Assembly: GCA_016927565.1 (NCBI GenBank)
Contig: JAFGMK010000018.1
Span: 13,119 to 77,118 of the forward strand
Source: Minisyncoccota bacterium
Lineage (GTDB): Bacteria > Patescibacteriota > Microgenomatia > PFEM01 > JAFGMK01
Length of the DNA stretch: 64,000 nt
Direction: 5' to 3'
The notes below the pieces were generated by a model. That model did no database searches. It was not told the DNA's origin and saw only the letters and a list, made by a program, of their open reading frames with translations. A program made the translations under genes and the position numbers. This document shows, piece after piece, positions 49,291 to 58,027 of this stretch. How positions within the stretch are numbered: the stretch's first letter is position 1; every line of letters starts with the position of its first letter.

Positions 49291-49821
49291 ATGTCTGAAA
49301 CCGAAAAGATTTTACGATCAAAAATCAAGCCCAAGGAAAAACGGACTTTGCTCGTGGAGGCGGTTGTCACAGGCAAAATTCCGATAAAGGAATTTATGAC
49401 ATTTTTTAAGTCGGCCAAGGATAAGGACAAAGGTTCTTGCGCTGATATAATGAAGCATGTTTCAGTCCGGAAACCGGGGCTTCTTGCTCCTTACATTGAA
49501 ACGCTGATTGAATATGTTAATTTTCCCTTGCCTAGAGTGAAATGGGGTGTGCCGGAAGCTATCGGCAATCTGGCCAAGGATTATCCCGACAAGGTTGCTG
49601 AAGCCATGCCGAATTTGATCAAAAATACGACTGATGACAAAACAAACACGACGGTTATCAAATGGTGCTCGGCTTACGCTTTGACTGAAATTGCCAAGCA
49701 TAATCGAAAGACGAGAATTCAGCTTTTGCCGATTTTTGAAAAGATCATCAAAAAAGAGCAAAACAACGGCGTGAAGAATGTTTATATTAAAGCGCTCAAA
49801 GTAATTAAAAAAGAAAAATAA
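49291..49821 (+). CDS. Hypothetical helical-repeat (HEAT-like) protein
   Basis: 176-aa ORF; RVKW...AIGNLA, IKWCSAYALTEIA repeats. Confidence 0.65.
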   Translation: MSETEKILRSKIKPKEKRTLLVEAVVTGKIPIKEFMTFFKSAKDKDKGSCADIMKHVSVRKPGLLAPYIETLIEYVNFPLPRVKWGVPEAIGNLAKDYPDKVAEAMPNLIKNTTDDKTNTTVIKWCSAYALTEIAKHNRKTRIQLLPIFEKIIKKEQNNGVKNVYIKALKVIKKEK

Positions 49822-49823
49822 CT

Positions 49824-50171
49824 ATGGACAAAAAAGTAAAACAATACATAGACAAGCAAAAATCACCGCAAAAAGAAATTATTATGGCCGTCCGAAAAAT
49901 ATTTTTCAAAACCTTAAAAAATTGTGAGGAAAAATATGGCTGGGGAGTAATCGTCTTGTGCAGGGGCAAATTTTATATTGCGGCCATGAAAAACAGGGTG
50001 CATGTCGGTTTTTCTATCATTGGTTTAGATAAGGAAGAGATTAAATTTTTGGAAGGGGGAGGTAAAACCATGAGACATATTAAAATTCCGGATCTAGTCA
50101 GTATTGACGAAGTAGAATTGAAAAAATTAATTGAATTGGTCAATAAAAAGGCCAAGTGTGTTAAGTGTTAG
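49824..50171 (+). CDS. DUF1801 (YdhG-like) protein
   Basis: V..YI, EKYGWG, HVGF, LEGGGKTMRHIKI. Confidence 0.8.
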   Translation: MDKKVKQYIDKQKSPQKEIIMAVRKIFFKTLKNCEEKYGWGVIVLCRGKFYIAAMKNRVHVGFSIIGLDKEEIKFLEGGGKTMRHIKIPDLVSIDEVELKKLIELVNKKAKCVKC

Positions 50172-50196
50172 AGTCATTATCAATATAGTTAAAAAT

Positions 50197-50727
50197 ATGA
50201 ATAATCAAAATCAATCCTTCAACAATGTTCCCTCCGACGCTGAGGTTGTGGCGGGCAAGCAGGATAAGGAATGCTGTCCCAGATTTGACCCTGCGCCTTG
50301 GGACGGAAAAGTTTTAGAGTGGAATAATAAAAAATTTATCAAGGGCAGGGTGTTTACCTTGTTTTATATGCCGATAAATTTTGGTTCAGTTATGAAAAGA
50401 CTTGATGCAATAGTACGAAAAGCTGGAGCGAAATTTGAAGACAACATGGGACTTTCTGACCATACTTCCAAATGGAATATGGATATTTACCTGGCGGTTG
50501 ATAAAGAAATCCCCGGTATTGAAAACACTACACTTTCGGGGAAATTTTACACCAAAGTTTATGAGGGTGATTTTAAGGAAACCGGTAAATGGTGCAAGGA
50601 TTTTGAAAGTGTCGTTAAGGGCAGGGGAAAGAGTGTTGAGAAATGGTATATGTGGTACACCACTTGTCCCAAATGCGCCAAGAAATACGGCAGGAATTAC
50701 GTAGTGATTATCGGAAAGATAGGTTAA
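50197..50727 (+). CDS. GyrI-like small-molecule-binding/'hydrolase' family protein
   Basis: CCPRFDP..WD, KVYEGDF, YMWYTTCPKCAKKYG.NYVV. Confidence 0.7.
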   Translation: MNNQNQSFNNVPSDAEVVAGKQDKECCPRFDPAPWDGKVLEWNNKKFIKGRVFTLFYMPINFGSVMKRLDAIVRKAGAKFEDNMGLSDHTSKWNMDIYLAVDKEIPGIENTTLSGKFYTKVYEGDFKETGKWCKDFESVVKGRGKSVEKWYMWYTTCPKCAKKYGRNYVVIIGKIG

Positions 50728-51026
50728 GAAGAATTTGCCGCCAAATCTAGCGAATCTTAAAGTTTTGCTGAATGCGGAATAAAAACTTGCTTGGCCGAAA
50801 GATCGCTTCTTTTGCTTGGCCGGGACTGTGATGGGCAAGTGTGGATGGACGGAAGGTAAGATGAGAAATTCCGCCCACTGGGTAAATCAGTTCGACAAGT
50901 TCAGGACAGTTTTTGGGCGAAATCAATCCTGATTTTTTTGAAAGCAACTCTCTACTTATGATGTTCTCCAATTCCCTCTTGTCTTTTCAGAAGGATTTGG
51001 CTATGATTGAAGGAAAGGAGGAAAGG

Positions 51027-51581
51027 ATGTCAGCGCCTCGTAAAGCTCCAGTAAAACCCTTAGAAGAGGAAGAAGCCAATTCAGAAAAGGTTTCAAGAAT
51101 TAAGGAATTGCTTGCCTGGGAAGCTCCGGCCAGGCCTTTTAAAAAGCGAAGCAAGGAGTTTTTTTCTACTGTCAGCGCCATTGCTTTTTTGGTGATGGTG
51201 ATTTTAGTTTTTTTGAAAGAATGGTTTTTAATTATAGCGATTATCGCCTTTTCTTTTTTGATCTATGTTTTGTCGACTATTCCGCCTCAGAAAGTAAAGC
51301 ATAAAATCACCAACCGGGGAATTACCACTAATGATAAAGAATATTTCTGGGAAGAGTTGGGCAATTTTTGGTTTACTCAGCAGTTAGATGAGACGATTTT
51401 GAATATTAAAATGCCTTTTCGATATCCCGGGCGGCTAATGATGCTTCTGGGAAATCAAAAAGAGGCCAAAGTTAAGAAAGTCTTAAGCCGCTTTTTAAGC
51501 CTGGAAAAAGTTTCGCCAACCTGGATTGAGAAAGCCGGAAAATGGTTAGCCGAAAAAGTTCCTCTTGAAGGATCTTCCTAG
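51027..51581 (+). CDS. Conserved 2-TM membrane protein with PH-like C-terminus
   Basis: WEAPARPFKKR, 2 TM, ITNRGI...YFWEEL; SD GGAGG. Confidence 0.75.
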   Translation: MSAPRKAPVKPLEEEEANSEKVSRIKELLAWEAPARPFKKRSKEFFSTVSAIAFLVMVILVFLKEWFLIIAIIAFSFLIYVLSTIPPQKVKHKITNRGITTNDKEYFWEELGNFWFTQQLDETILNIKMPFRYPGRLMMLLGNQKEAKVKKVLSRFLSLEKVSPTWIEKAGKWLAEKVPLEGSS

Positions 51582-51623
51582 CTTCAAATCGGCACTATTC
51601 CATGATAAAATAAGCCCTAACAA

Positions 51624-51696
51624 GCGCTCGTAGTTCAATGGATAGAACACTTGATTGCGGATCAAGCGGTTGGAGGTTCGAGTCCTCCCGGGCGCA
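51624..51696 (+). tRNA. tRNA-Arg(GCG)
   Basis: GCGCTCG/CGGGCGC, CTTGA-TTGCGGA-TCAAG, GTTCGAGTC. Confidence 0.93.
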
Positions 51697-51915
51697 CCCC
51701 GCCAAGCGGGGTCGCTCGTGGAGGCGAGAACCTCCACCAGGGAAATTTTTGATTAGGAAGACTTAAGCAGTTCGTTAAAATGAGGAGGTTTTGAGGAATT
51801 GGGAAGACAGGCGGATTTTGTGTTAGATGCTTGGTGCAAACTGGATTGGAGAAAAAGACTGGGGAATGTTGAATAGTTTGCCTGTGGGAATAGGAATAGA
51901 TTTCCTGTAGGCAGA

Positions 51916-52001
51916 GGAGGGTTGGCTGAGTGGTTAAAAGCGATCGCTTCGAAAGCGATTGGGTTGAAAGATCCACAGAGGTTCGAATCCTCTACCCTCC
52001 G
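51916..52001 (+). tRNA. tRNA-Ser(CGA)
   Basis: GGAGGGT/ACCCTCC, ATCGC-TTCGAAA-GCGAT, long variable arm. Confidence 0.94.
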
Positions 52002-52032
52002 CTTAGAATAGGATTTTACCAGGAAGTAAAAA

Positions 52033-52108
52033 GCGCCCGTAGTTCAATGGATAGAACGTCGGATTCCGGATCCGAAAGTTGGGGGTTCGAGTCCCTTCGG
52101 GCGCACCA
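52033..52108 (+). tRNA. tRNA-Arg(CCG)
   Basis: GCGCCCG/CGGGCGC, TCGGA-TTCCGGA-TCCGA, encoded CCA. Confidence 0.95.
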
Positions 52109-52241
52109 AAAAGTGCGGCGGAAGGGCGAGAAGTTTACCCCGCCGAACAAAGCGAAGAAACTGTAGCGGAAGTGAAAGCGGGGAGTCCCTTCGGGCGAGC
52201 TTCGCGCCTAGTCGCTCAGGGTGAACATTTAAAAGTTTAAA

Positions 52242-52757
52242 GTGAAAAGTTCAAAGTCAGGCGGAAACGAAAAGGGGCCTATAAAGCGAGAGTACTCGGC
52301 TGGAGGGGTGGTATATAAGAAATCTAAAACCGGAAGCCGGGGATGGGAAATATTATGGCTTTTGATCCAGCCTAAAGTGACTAGAGAAGAGCCTTGGCGG
52401 CAGGGAAGGTGGCAATTGCCCAAAGGTTGGATTGATGAGGGTGAAACCAGCCGGCAGGCGGCTTTACGGGAAACAAGGGAAGAAGGAGGAGTAGAGGCAG
52501 TTTTAGGAGAAAAAGTTGACCGCATTACAATTTTTTTTACTAATAACAGGAAAGAAAAAGTTCTAAAAGACATTGTCTTTTATTTAATGGAGTGGCAACG
52601 CAATTTGCCTGATGGCTTTGGAGACGAGACTCAGAAAATTTTATGGCTACCGTTCAAAGAGGCTGAGGAGAAGTTAACTTTTAGGTCAGAAAGGAATGTT
52701 TTGAGAAAAGCTCGGGAAGTTTTGGGCAGATCGGAGAAGCAGCCGAGGTTGATTTAG
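52242..52757 (+). CDS. NUDIX hydrolase (Ap4A hydrolase-like)
   Basis: SAGGVV, WQLPKGWIDEGETSRQAALRETREEGG Nudix box. Confidence 0.9.
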   Translation: MKSSKSGGNEKGPIKREYSAGGVVYKKSKTGSRGWEILWLLIQPKVTREEPWRQGRWQLPKGWIDEGETSRQAALRETREEGGVEAVLGEKVDRITIFFTNNRKEKVLKDIVFYLMEWQRNLPDGFGDETQKILWLPFKEAEEKLTFRSERNVLRKAREVLGRSEKQPRLI

Positions 52758-52777
52758 TAAGTGAGTGAGGTTAATTG

Positions 52778-52864
52778 GGAAGGGTACGAAAGTGGTTTAA
52801 TCGGCGGCACTGGAGATGCCGTGTGGCGGCAACGTCACCGTGGGTTCGAATCCCACCCCTTCCG
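52778..52864 (+). tRNA. tRNA-Ser(GGA)
   Basis: GGAAGGG/CCCTTCC, CGGCA-CTGGAGA-TGCCG, long variable arm. Confidence 0.93.
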
Positions 52865-52928
52865 CTTTGGCTTGAGGGGCGCTGAAGTGGTTACAGAGGC
52901 AAAAGGCGGATAAAAATAAAATTATTAA

Positions 52929-53071
52929 GAGGAAGGGTGACCCCCCGGAAAGGCCTGATCAGACATTTTATAACCCGAGAGGTCGGCGATAGTGATTCTA
53001 ATTGCCCCGATGGCAGCTGATTTAGTTCCACGATCAAAGCCTTGATCTGAGTGGATTTTGGGTGTCTTTGC
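52929..53071 (+). ncRNA. Candidate structured ncRNA, 6S-like
   Basis: TAAAAT at 52917; CTGATCAG can pair with TTGATCTG around an AU-rich bubble; alternative GATCAA/TTGATC hairpin. Confidence 0.35.
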
Positions 53072-53104
53072 AGAAATAATGCAGTAAATTTGCGGAGAAA
53101 AAAG

Positions 53105-54595
53105 TTGAGAGTAAGCTTTTTAAGCTTTAAAACAAAGCCCGGTCGATTTCTGGCTTTTTTGCTTCTTTGGGGTATCTTTTATGTTGCCGCGAGGCAGTTT
53201 TTAGATCCTGACCTTGGTTGGCATTTAAAAACCGGGGAATGGATTTGGCAAAACCGGCGTTTGCCGGAAAAAGACCTTTTTTCTTACACGATGCCGGATT
53301 ATTCTTGGCGCTTGCATTCTTGGTCGGGAACCTTAATTTTTTATTTGATTAATCAGCAGTGGGGTTATCAGGGCATGCTTTTGTTTTCAAGCCTAGTTTT
53401 GGCTTTGGCCTTTTGGTTGGCAGCAGGACCTAAAAAAATAGTCTTAAGCTGGTTCCCGTTGAGTTTGGCATCTTTAGCCGGGCTTTCTTTTGTCGCGCCG
53501 CGCCCAAGAGTGATAGGGATTTTGTTGGCGGCTGTAGTCTTTGGGTGTTTGCGGATTTCTTGGTCAAAGCCGGCTTGGTTGCTTCTTGTGCCGCCTGTTT
53601 TTGGAATTTGGGCTAATCTGCATGGGGGCTTTCCGTTGGGCCTGGTAATTTTTTTCTGGGCAATAATTAGTCAGTTGATTTTATTTTTTAAGCAAAAAAA
53701 GAAATTGAGTCCATTTTTGGGATGGTTGGGATTGGCTTTTTTGTTTTCGGTCGGGGCGACGCTGATTAACCCCTATGGCTTTGGTTTTTATCAGGAAGTT
53801 TTTGGAGAGATGGCCGGTGGACAAAAAGTTCATTTGCGGATCGGGGAGTGGTTGCCTTATTCTCAGTTTGATCCGGCGATGATTGTTTTTACCAGTCTTT
53901 TTTTGGTTTTGGCATTTTTTTTGAAAAAAAGCCTTTCTTTTTGGGAAAAAACTGTTAGTTTCGGCTTGCTTTTGGCAACTTTGTTTTCGGCTCGATTTTT
54001 GATTTATTATTTGCTTTTTGCTTTGCCGCTTTTGGTTCGGTTGATAAAGGATTTTTTAAAGCTGGTTTCAAGCCACGAGAGATTTCAGCTTTTGGTTTTG
54101 AAAAAGAGCTGGTTTTTGGGAGGGATTGTTACTTTGTTTTTGGTAAGCTTGACTGGTCGATTGATTAGCTTTGGCGGTTTGTCTGAGAAGAGATTTTACC
54201 CTCAGGGGGCAGTGGCTTTTTTAGGCCAGGAAAAAATATCGGGCAATCTTTTTTCAATTTATAACTGGGGTGGCTACTTGATTTGGAAGTTTCCGGGGAA
54301 AAGAGTTTTTGTTGATGGTCGGATGTTAATTTGGCAAGAGGATGGTTATTCAGCTTTTGAACAGGAGCTTAGACTTAAAAGAGGGGAAGAGGACTTTCAA
54401 GCTGTTTTTGAAAAATACCAAATTTCTCATGCCTTGTTAGCAGTAGGGGAGTCGGCAAGTGATCCTCTTTTAGTGTCTTTTAAAAATTTTTTGGGAAAGA
54501 CAACTCCGAATTTTGATTTAGGCCAAGAGCTGTTGGCTAAAAACTGGCGTTTGATTTATAAGGACGAAGTGGCTCAAGTTCTGGAAAAGCCTTAA
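53105..54595 (+). CDS. Polytopic membrane protein, GT-C-fold glycosyltransferase-like; start uncertain (53051-53105)
   Basis: DPDLGWHLKTGEWI, WANLHGGF, INPYG, YNWGGYLIW...VFVDGR. Confidence 0.75.
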   Translation: MRVSFLSFKTKPGRFLAFLLLWGIFYVAARQFLDPDLGWHLKTGEWIWQNRRLPEKDLFSYTMPDYSWRLHSWSGTLIFYLINQQWGYQGMLLFSSLVLALAFWLAAGPKKIVLSWFPLSLASLAGLSFVAPRPRVIGILLAAVVFGCLRISWSKPAWLLLVPPVFGIWANLHGGFPLGLVIFFWAIISQLILFFKQKKKLSPFLGWLGLAFLFSVGATLINPYGFGFYQEVFGEMAGGQKVHLRIGEWLPYSQFDPAMIVFTSLFLVLAFFLKKSLSFWEKTVSFGLLLATLFSARFLIYYLLFALPLLVRLIKDFLKLVSSHERFQLLVLKKSWFLGGIVTLFLVSLTGRLISFGGLSEKRFYPQGAVAFLGQEKISGNLFSIYNWGGYLIWKFPGKRVFVDGRMLIWQEDGYSAFEQELRLKRGEEDFQAVFEKYQISHALLAVGESASDPLLVSFKNFLGKTTPNFDLGQELLAKNWRLIYKDEVAQVLEKP

Positions 54596-54606
54596 AAGGA
54601 GGATTG

Positions 54607-56376
54607 ATGAGTCAAGATCAATTAGACGAAATCAGACAGAAAATAAATTTGGTTGATCTGGTCAGCGAATATACACCCCTCAAAAAAGCCGGACGGAATT
54701 TTAAAGCCCTTTGTCCTTTTCATTCCGAAAAGACTCCTTCCTTTATTGTTTCCCCGGAGAGGCAAATTTTTAAATGCTTCGGTTGTGGTGAGGGCGGCGA
54801 CATCTTTAGCTTTTTAATGAAAGCTGAGGGAATGGAGTTCAGTGAAGCTTTGGAAAAATTGGCTGACAGAGCGGGAATAAAACTCAAGGATTACCATCCT
54901 TCCCAGGATTGGCAAAAAAAACAACATTTATTTGAAATTAATCATTTAGCGGCCGAATTTTATCATTTCTTGCTGCTTAGCCATCAAATTGGAAAAAAAG
55001 CTTTGGATTATATTCTGGGACGGGGAATCAGCCGAGATTCTCTGATGCGTTTTAAACTGGGTTATTCCCCGCCTTTTTGGGACGGCCTCCAAAAATTTAT
55101 GGTCAGTAAGAAAAAATATCGCCTTGATAAGCTCGAAGAAGCGGGTTTAATTATCCGGAGTCAGCGGGGGTTTTATGACCGGTTCCGTGACCGGCTGATG
55201 TTTCCCTTGCGCGACTATCAAGGCAATATCTGCGGTTTTGCCGGTCGCGTGCTGGAAAAGGAAGCTAAGGCGGCAAAATATGTCAACTCTCCGGAAACGC
55301 CGGTCTATTTTAAAAGTCAATTGCTTTATGGGCTTTGGCTGACCCGGTCGGAAATTAAAAAACGGGACGAGGTGGTTTTGGTGGAGGGAGAGCTGGACGC
55401 AATTTCTTCTTATCAGGCAGGAGTGAAATCTGTAGCAGCGGTTAAGGGTTCAGCATTGACTGAGGGACAGTTGAATCTTATCAGGCGCTTTACCAAAAAC
55501 CTGATTTTGGCGCTTGACGCTGATTTTGCGGGTGACGCGGCCGCAAAGAGAGGCATTGAGTTGGCCGATCGGTTGGGATTTGCTGTCAAGGTGGTTGAGG
55601 TAAAGGGAGGTAAAGATCCTGATGAGGTAGCTCGAAAGAATCCTGGCCGCTGGCGGAAATTGGTCAGCCAGGCGATGCCGGTTTACGATTTTTTTCTAAA
55701 CTCAGCTTTTAACCGCTATAATGTCAAAACAGCTGAGGGTAAAAGAAAAATCGGTCAGGAGCTGGCGCCGATTTTGGCCAAGATTAATGATAATATTGTC
55801 CAGGCTCATTATTTGAGCCAGGTGGCTTCTCGGTTAGGAGTGAGCGAGGAAGCGGTCAGTCGGGAGGTGGCTAAACTTTCCCGAATGGCGTCTTTGGCAA
55901 ATCAGCCAATTTCCGTGCCGGGATTTGTCACGGTTTCCAAAACGCGGCAGGAGGTTTTGGAAGAATACCTTTTAAGTCTTTGTTTCCAGAGCAATCGCTG
56001 GTCCGATTTAACCAAAAAAAGCGTCAAAAAACTGATTACTGTTCCGGCTTATAAGCGGATAATCAAGATGTTGAAACAATATTTTGGAAAACATCAATCT
56101 CCTCAGGGTGAACTTTTGGTTAAGATGTTGCCAGCAGAACTGATTGAAATTTATAATCAGTTTTATCTTAACGATTTAGGGGATTGGTTGACAGACGGAG
56201 CAGAGGTAAAAAAAGAGATTAAAAAAACCATTCAAGGATTGAAAAAAACAAGGATAAAAACAAGACTGAAAGAGCTTGCCCGCGAAATTGCCCTTTTGGA
56301 AAAGGATAAAGATCAGGAGGCTAAATTGGAGGAGCTAAATCAGAAATTTCGCCGACTCTCAGCGAAGTTGGTTTAA
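54607..56376 (+). CDS. dnaG: DNA primase
   Basis: [11 protein letters not shown]...CFGC Zn finger, [32 protein letters not shown]. Confidence 0.98.
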   Translation: MSQDQLDEIRQKINLVDLVSEYTPLKKAGRNFKALCPFHSEKTPSFIVSPERQIFKCFGCGEGGDIFSFLMKAEGMEFSEALEKLADRAGIKLKDYHPSQDWQKKQHLFEINHLAAEFYHFLLLSHQIGKKALDYILGRGISRDSLMRFKLGYSPPFWDGLQKFMVSKKKYRLDKLEEAGLIIRSQRGFYDRFRDRLMFPLRDYQGNICGFAGRVLEKEAKAAKYVNSPETPVYFKSQLLYGLWLTRSEIKKRDEVVLVEGELDAISSYQAGVKSVAAVKGSALTEGQLNLIRRFTKNLILALDADFAGDAAAKRGIELADRLGFAVKVVEVKGGKDPDEVARKNPGRWRKLVSQAMPVYDFFLNSAFNRYNVKTAEGKRKIGQELAPILAKINDNIVQAHYLSQVASRLGVSEEAVSREVAKLSRMASLANQPISVPGFVTVSKTRQEVLEEYLLSLCFQSNRWSDLTKKSVKKLITVPAYKRIIKMLKQYFGKHQSPQGELLVKMLPAELIEIYNQFYLNDLGDWLTDGAEVKKEIKKTIQGLKKTRIKTRLKELAREIALLEKDKDQEAKLEELNQKFRRLSAKLV

Positions 56377-56407
56377 TTCTGATAAAATAAGAGAAGCTGT
56401 CTTAACC

Positions 56408-57538
56408 ATGACTAAGAAAAAAGAAACACCCATTATCGAAGCTTCGAAGACTAAGAGAGGAAAACCCGTGAATGTTTCGGCTTTGATCAAGAAAGGGCGG
56501 AAGCAGGGTTTTATTATTCAGGAAGAGATTCTGGCTCTTTTCCCCGATGCGGAAGATAGGATTGAGGAACTTGATAATCTTTACGACCGGCTTCTGAAAG
56601 TGAAGGTGGATGTATTTGAAACGGCTACCAAAGAGGAAATGATCGAGGATGAAAAATCGGCTTCCCGGTTGGCCAAAGAGCTGGAAGTTTTAGCGACTCT
56701 CAAAGACAAGACAATTACTGATCCAGTCAGAATGTATCTTAAAGAGATTGGTCGGATTCCTTTGCTGACGGCTGAGGAAGAGGTTAGTTTGGCTCAAAGG
56801 ATTGAAAAAAACTCAAAAGCAGCTCGAAGAAAACTGATTCAATCCAATCTCCGATTGGTAGTTTCAATCGCAAAAAAATATGTTGGCCGGGGAATGATTT
56901 TTTTGGATTTGATTCAGGAGGGAAATCAGGGTTTGATGCGAGCGGTCGAAAAATATGACTGGCGTCGGGGATATAAATTTTCCACTTATGCTACCTGGTG
57001 GATTCGACAGGCAATCACTCGGGCAATTGCTGACCAGGCCAGAACAATCAGAATTCCGGTTCATATGGTGGAAACGATCAATAAAGTGATCCGGACTTCC
57101 CGGCGGTTGATGCAAAGATTGGGTCGCGAGCCGGCGCCTGAAGAGATCGGTGAAAAGATGGAAATGTCGGCCGATCGGGTTAGAGAGATTTTAAAAATTG
57201 CCCAGAGCACTACTTCTCTGGAAAAACCGGTCGGAGACGATCAGAATTCATTTTTAGGAGATTTTATCCAGGACACTTCTCAACCTTCGCCTTATGACAC
57301 TGCCTCAAGACAGCTTTTAAAAGAGAATATAGGAGATGTTTTACAGACTCTTTCTGATCGGGAAGCCAGAGTTTTAAAGATGCGGTTTGGTTTGGGTGGC
57401 TCCCGGCCGATGACTCTGGAGGAAGTGGGGCAGGAGTTTGGGGTGACCCGAGAAAGAATTCGGCAAATCGAGGCCAAAGCGCTGCGGAAACTCAAGCATC
57501 CTTCAAGACGAAAAAAACTTCAGGACTATTTGGAGTAA
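56408..57538 (+). CDS. rpoD: RNA polymerase primary sigma factor
   Basis: [53 protein letters not shown]. Confidence 0.98.
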   Translation: MTKKKETPIIEASKTKRGKPVNVSALIKKGRKQGFIIQEEILALFPDAEDRIEELDNLYDRLLKVKVDVFETATKEEMIEDEKSASRLAKELEVLATLKDKTITDPVRMYLKEIGRIPLLTAEEEVSLAQRIEKNSKAARRKLIQSNLRLVVSIAKKYVGRGMIFLDLIQEGNQGLMRAVEKYDWRRGYKFSTYATWWIRQAITRAIADQARTIRIPVHMVETINKVIRTSRRLMQRLGREPAPEEIGEKMEMSADRVREILKIAQSTTSLEKPVGDDQNSFLGDFIQDTSQPSPYDTASRQLLKENIGDVLQTLSDREARVLKMRFGLGGSRPMTLEEVGQEFGVTRERIRQIEAKALRKLKHPSRRKKLQDYLE

Positions 57539-57539
57539 G

Positions 57540-57890
57540 ATGAACTCTGATCTAAGACAGGGTATTCTGTCGGCAATCTATTCCACTTGGCTTCATAATA
57601 ACTTGGCGATTGGTTTAGTGATAGGAATCGGACTGACAGCGGCCTTGTTGATTTTTAAGCCTAAGAGAAAATATGTGTTTTTTCTGCTCGGCTTTATTCT
57701 CCTTCTTTTGCAATTTGAGTATCAAAAGCATTTTGGTAAGTCTTTAGAGAATCAGACGATTATTGCCGTTATTGCTCAGGGTGAGAACCCGGGAGCCCGG
57801 AGTTTGATAAGGCAGGTTTTTTCCAAGGCAATTCCATTTTTGCTTTGGTTGTTTGGTTGGGGGTTGGTTTTTTTGGGAATAGTGTTTTAG
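57540..57890 (+). CDS. Small hypothetical membrane protein
   Basis: 3 hydrophobic segments; starts 1 bp after the rpoD stop. Confidence 0.7.
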   Translation: MNSDLRQGILSAIYSTWLHNNLAIGLVIGIGLTAALLIFKPKRKYVFFLLGFILLLLQFEYQKHFGKSLENQTIIAVIAQGENPGARSLIRQVFSKAIPFLLWLFGWGLVFLGIVF

Positions 57891-57951
57891 GTAATTTCGA
57901 CTTCTGGAATTTTATTCTAGTGAATGATAAAATTGGGCAGTTCGTTGACAA

Positions 57952-58027
57952 TCCCCGGTAGCTCAATTGGCAGAGCGTTCGCCTGTTAAGCGAAGGGTTA
58001 CTGGTTCGAGTCCAGTCCGGGGAGCCA
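57952..58027 (+). tRNA. tRNA-Asn(GTT); integration site
   Basis: TCCCCGG/CCGGGGA, TTCGC-CTGTTAA-GCGAA, encoded CCA. Confidence 0.96.

Noticed and set aside
50850-50930. GAGAAATTCCGCCCAC resembling an RNase P RNA P4 strand
   Set aside because: No complementary 3' P4 strand or other conserved regions; more like a repeat remnant.
46158-52166. ORFs overlapping tRNAs (46158..46427, 46446..46643, 51546..51737, 51662..51976, 51930..52166)
   Set aside because: Spurious frames across tRNA genes.
52931-53030. TPP riboswitch, SRP RNA, hammerhead or intron-containing tRNA interpretation
   Set aside because: Required conserved cores are not all present; kept only as a 6S-like candidate.
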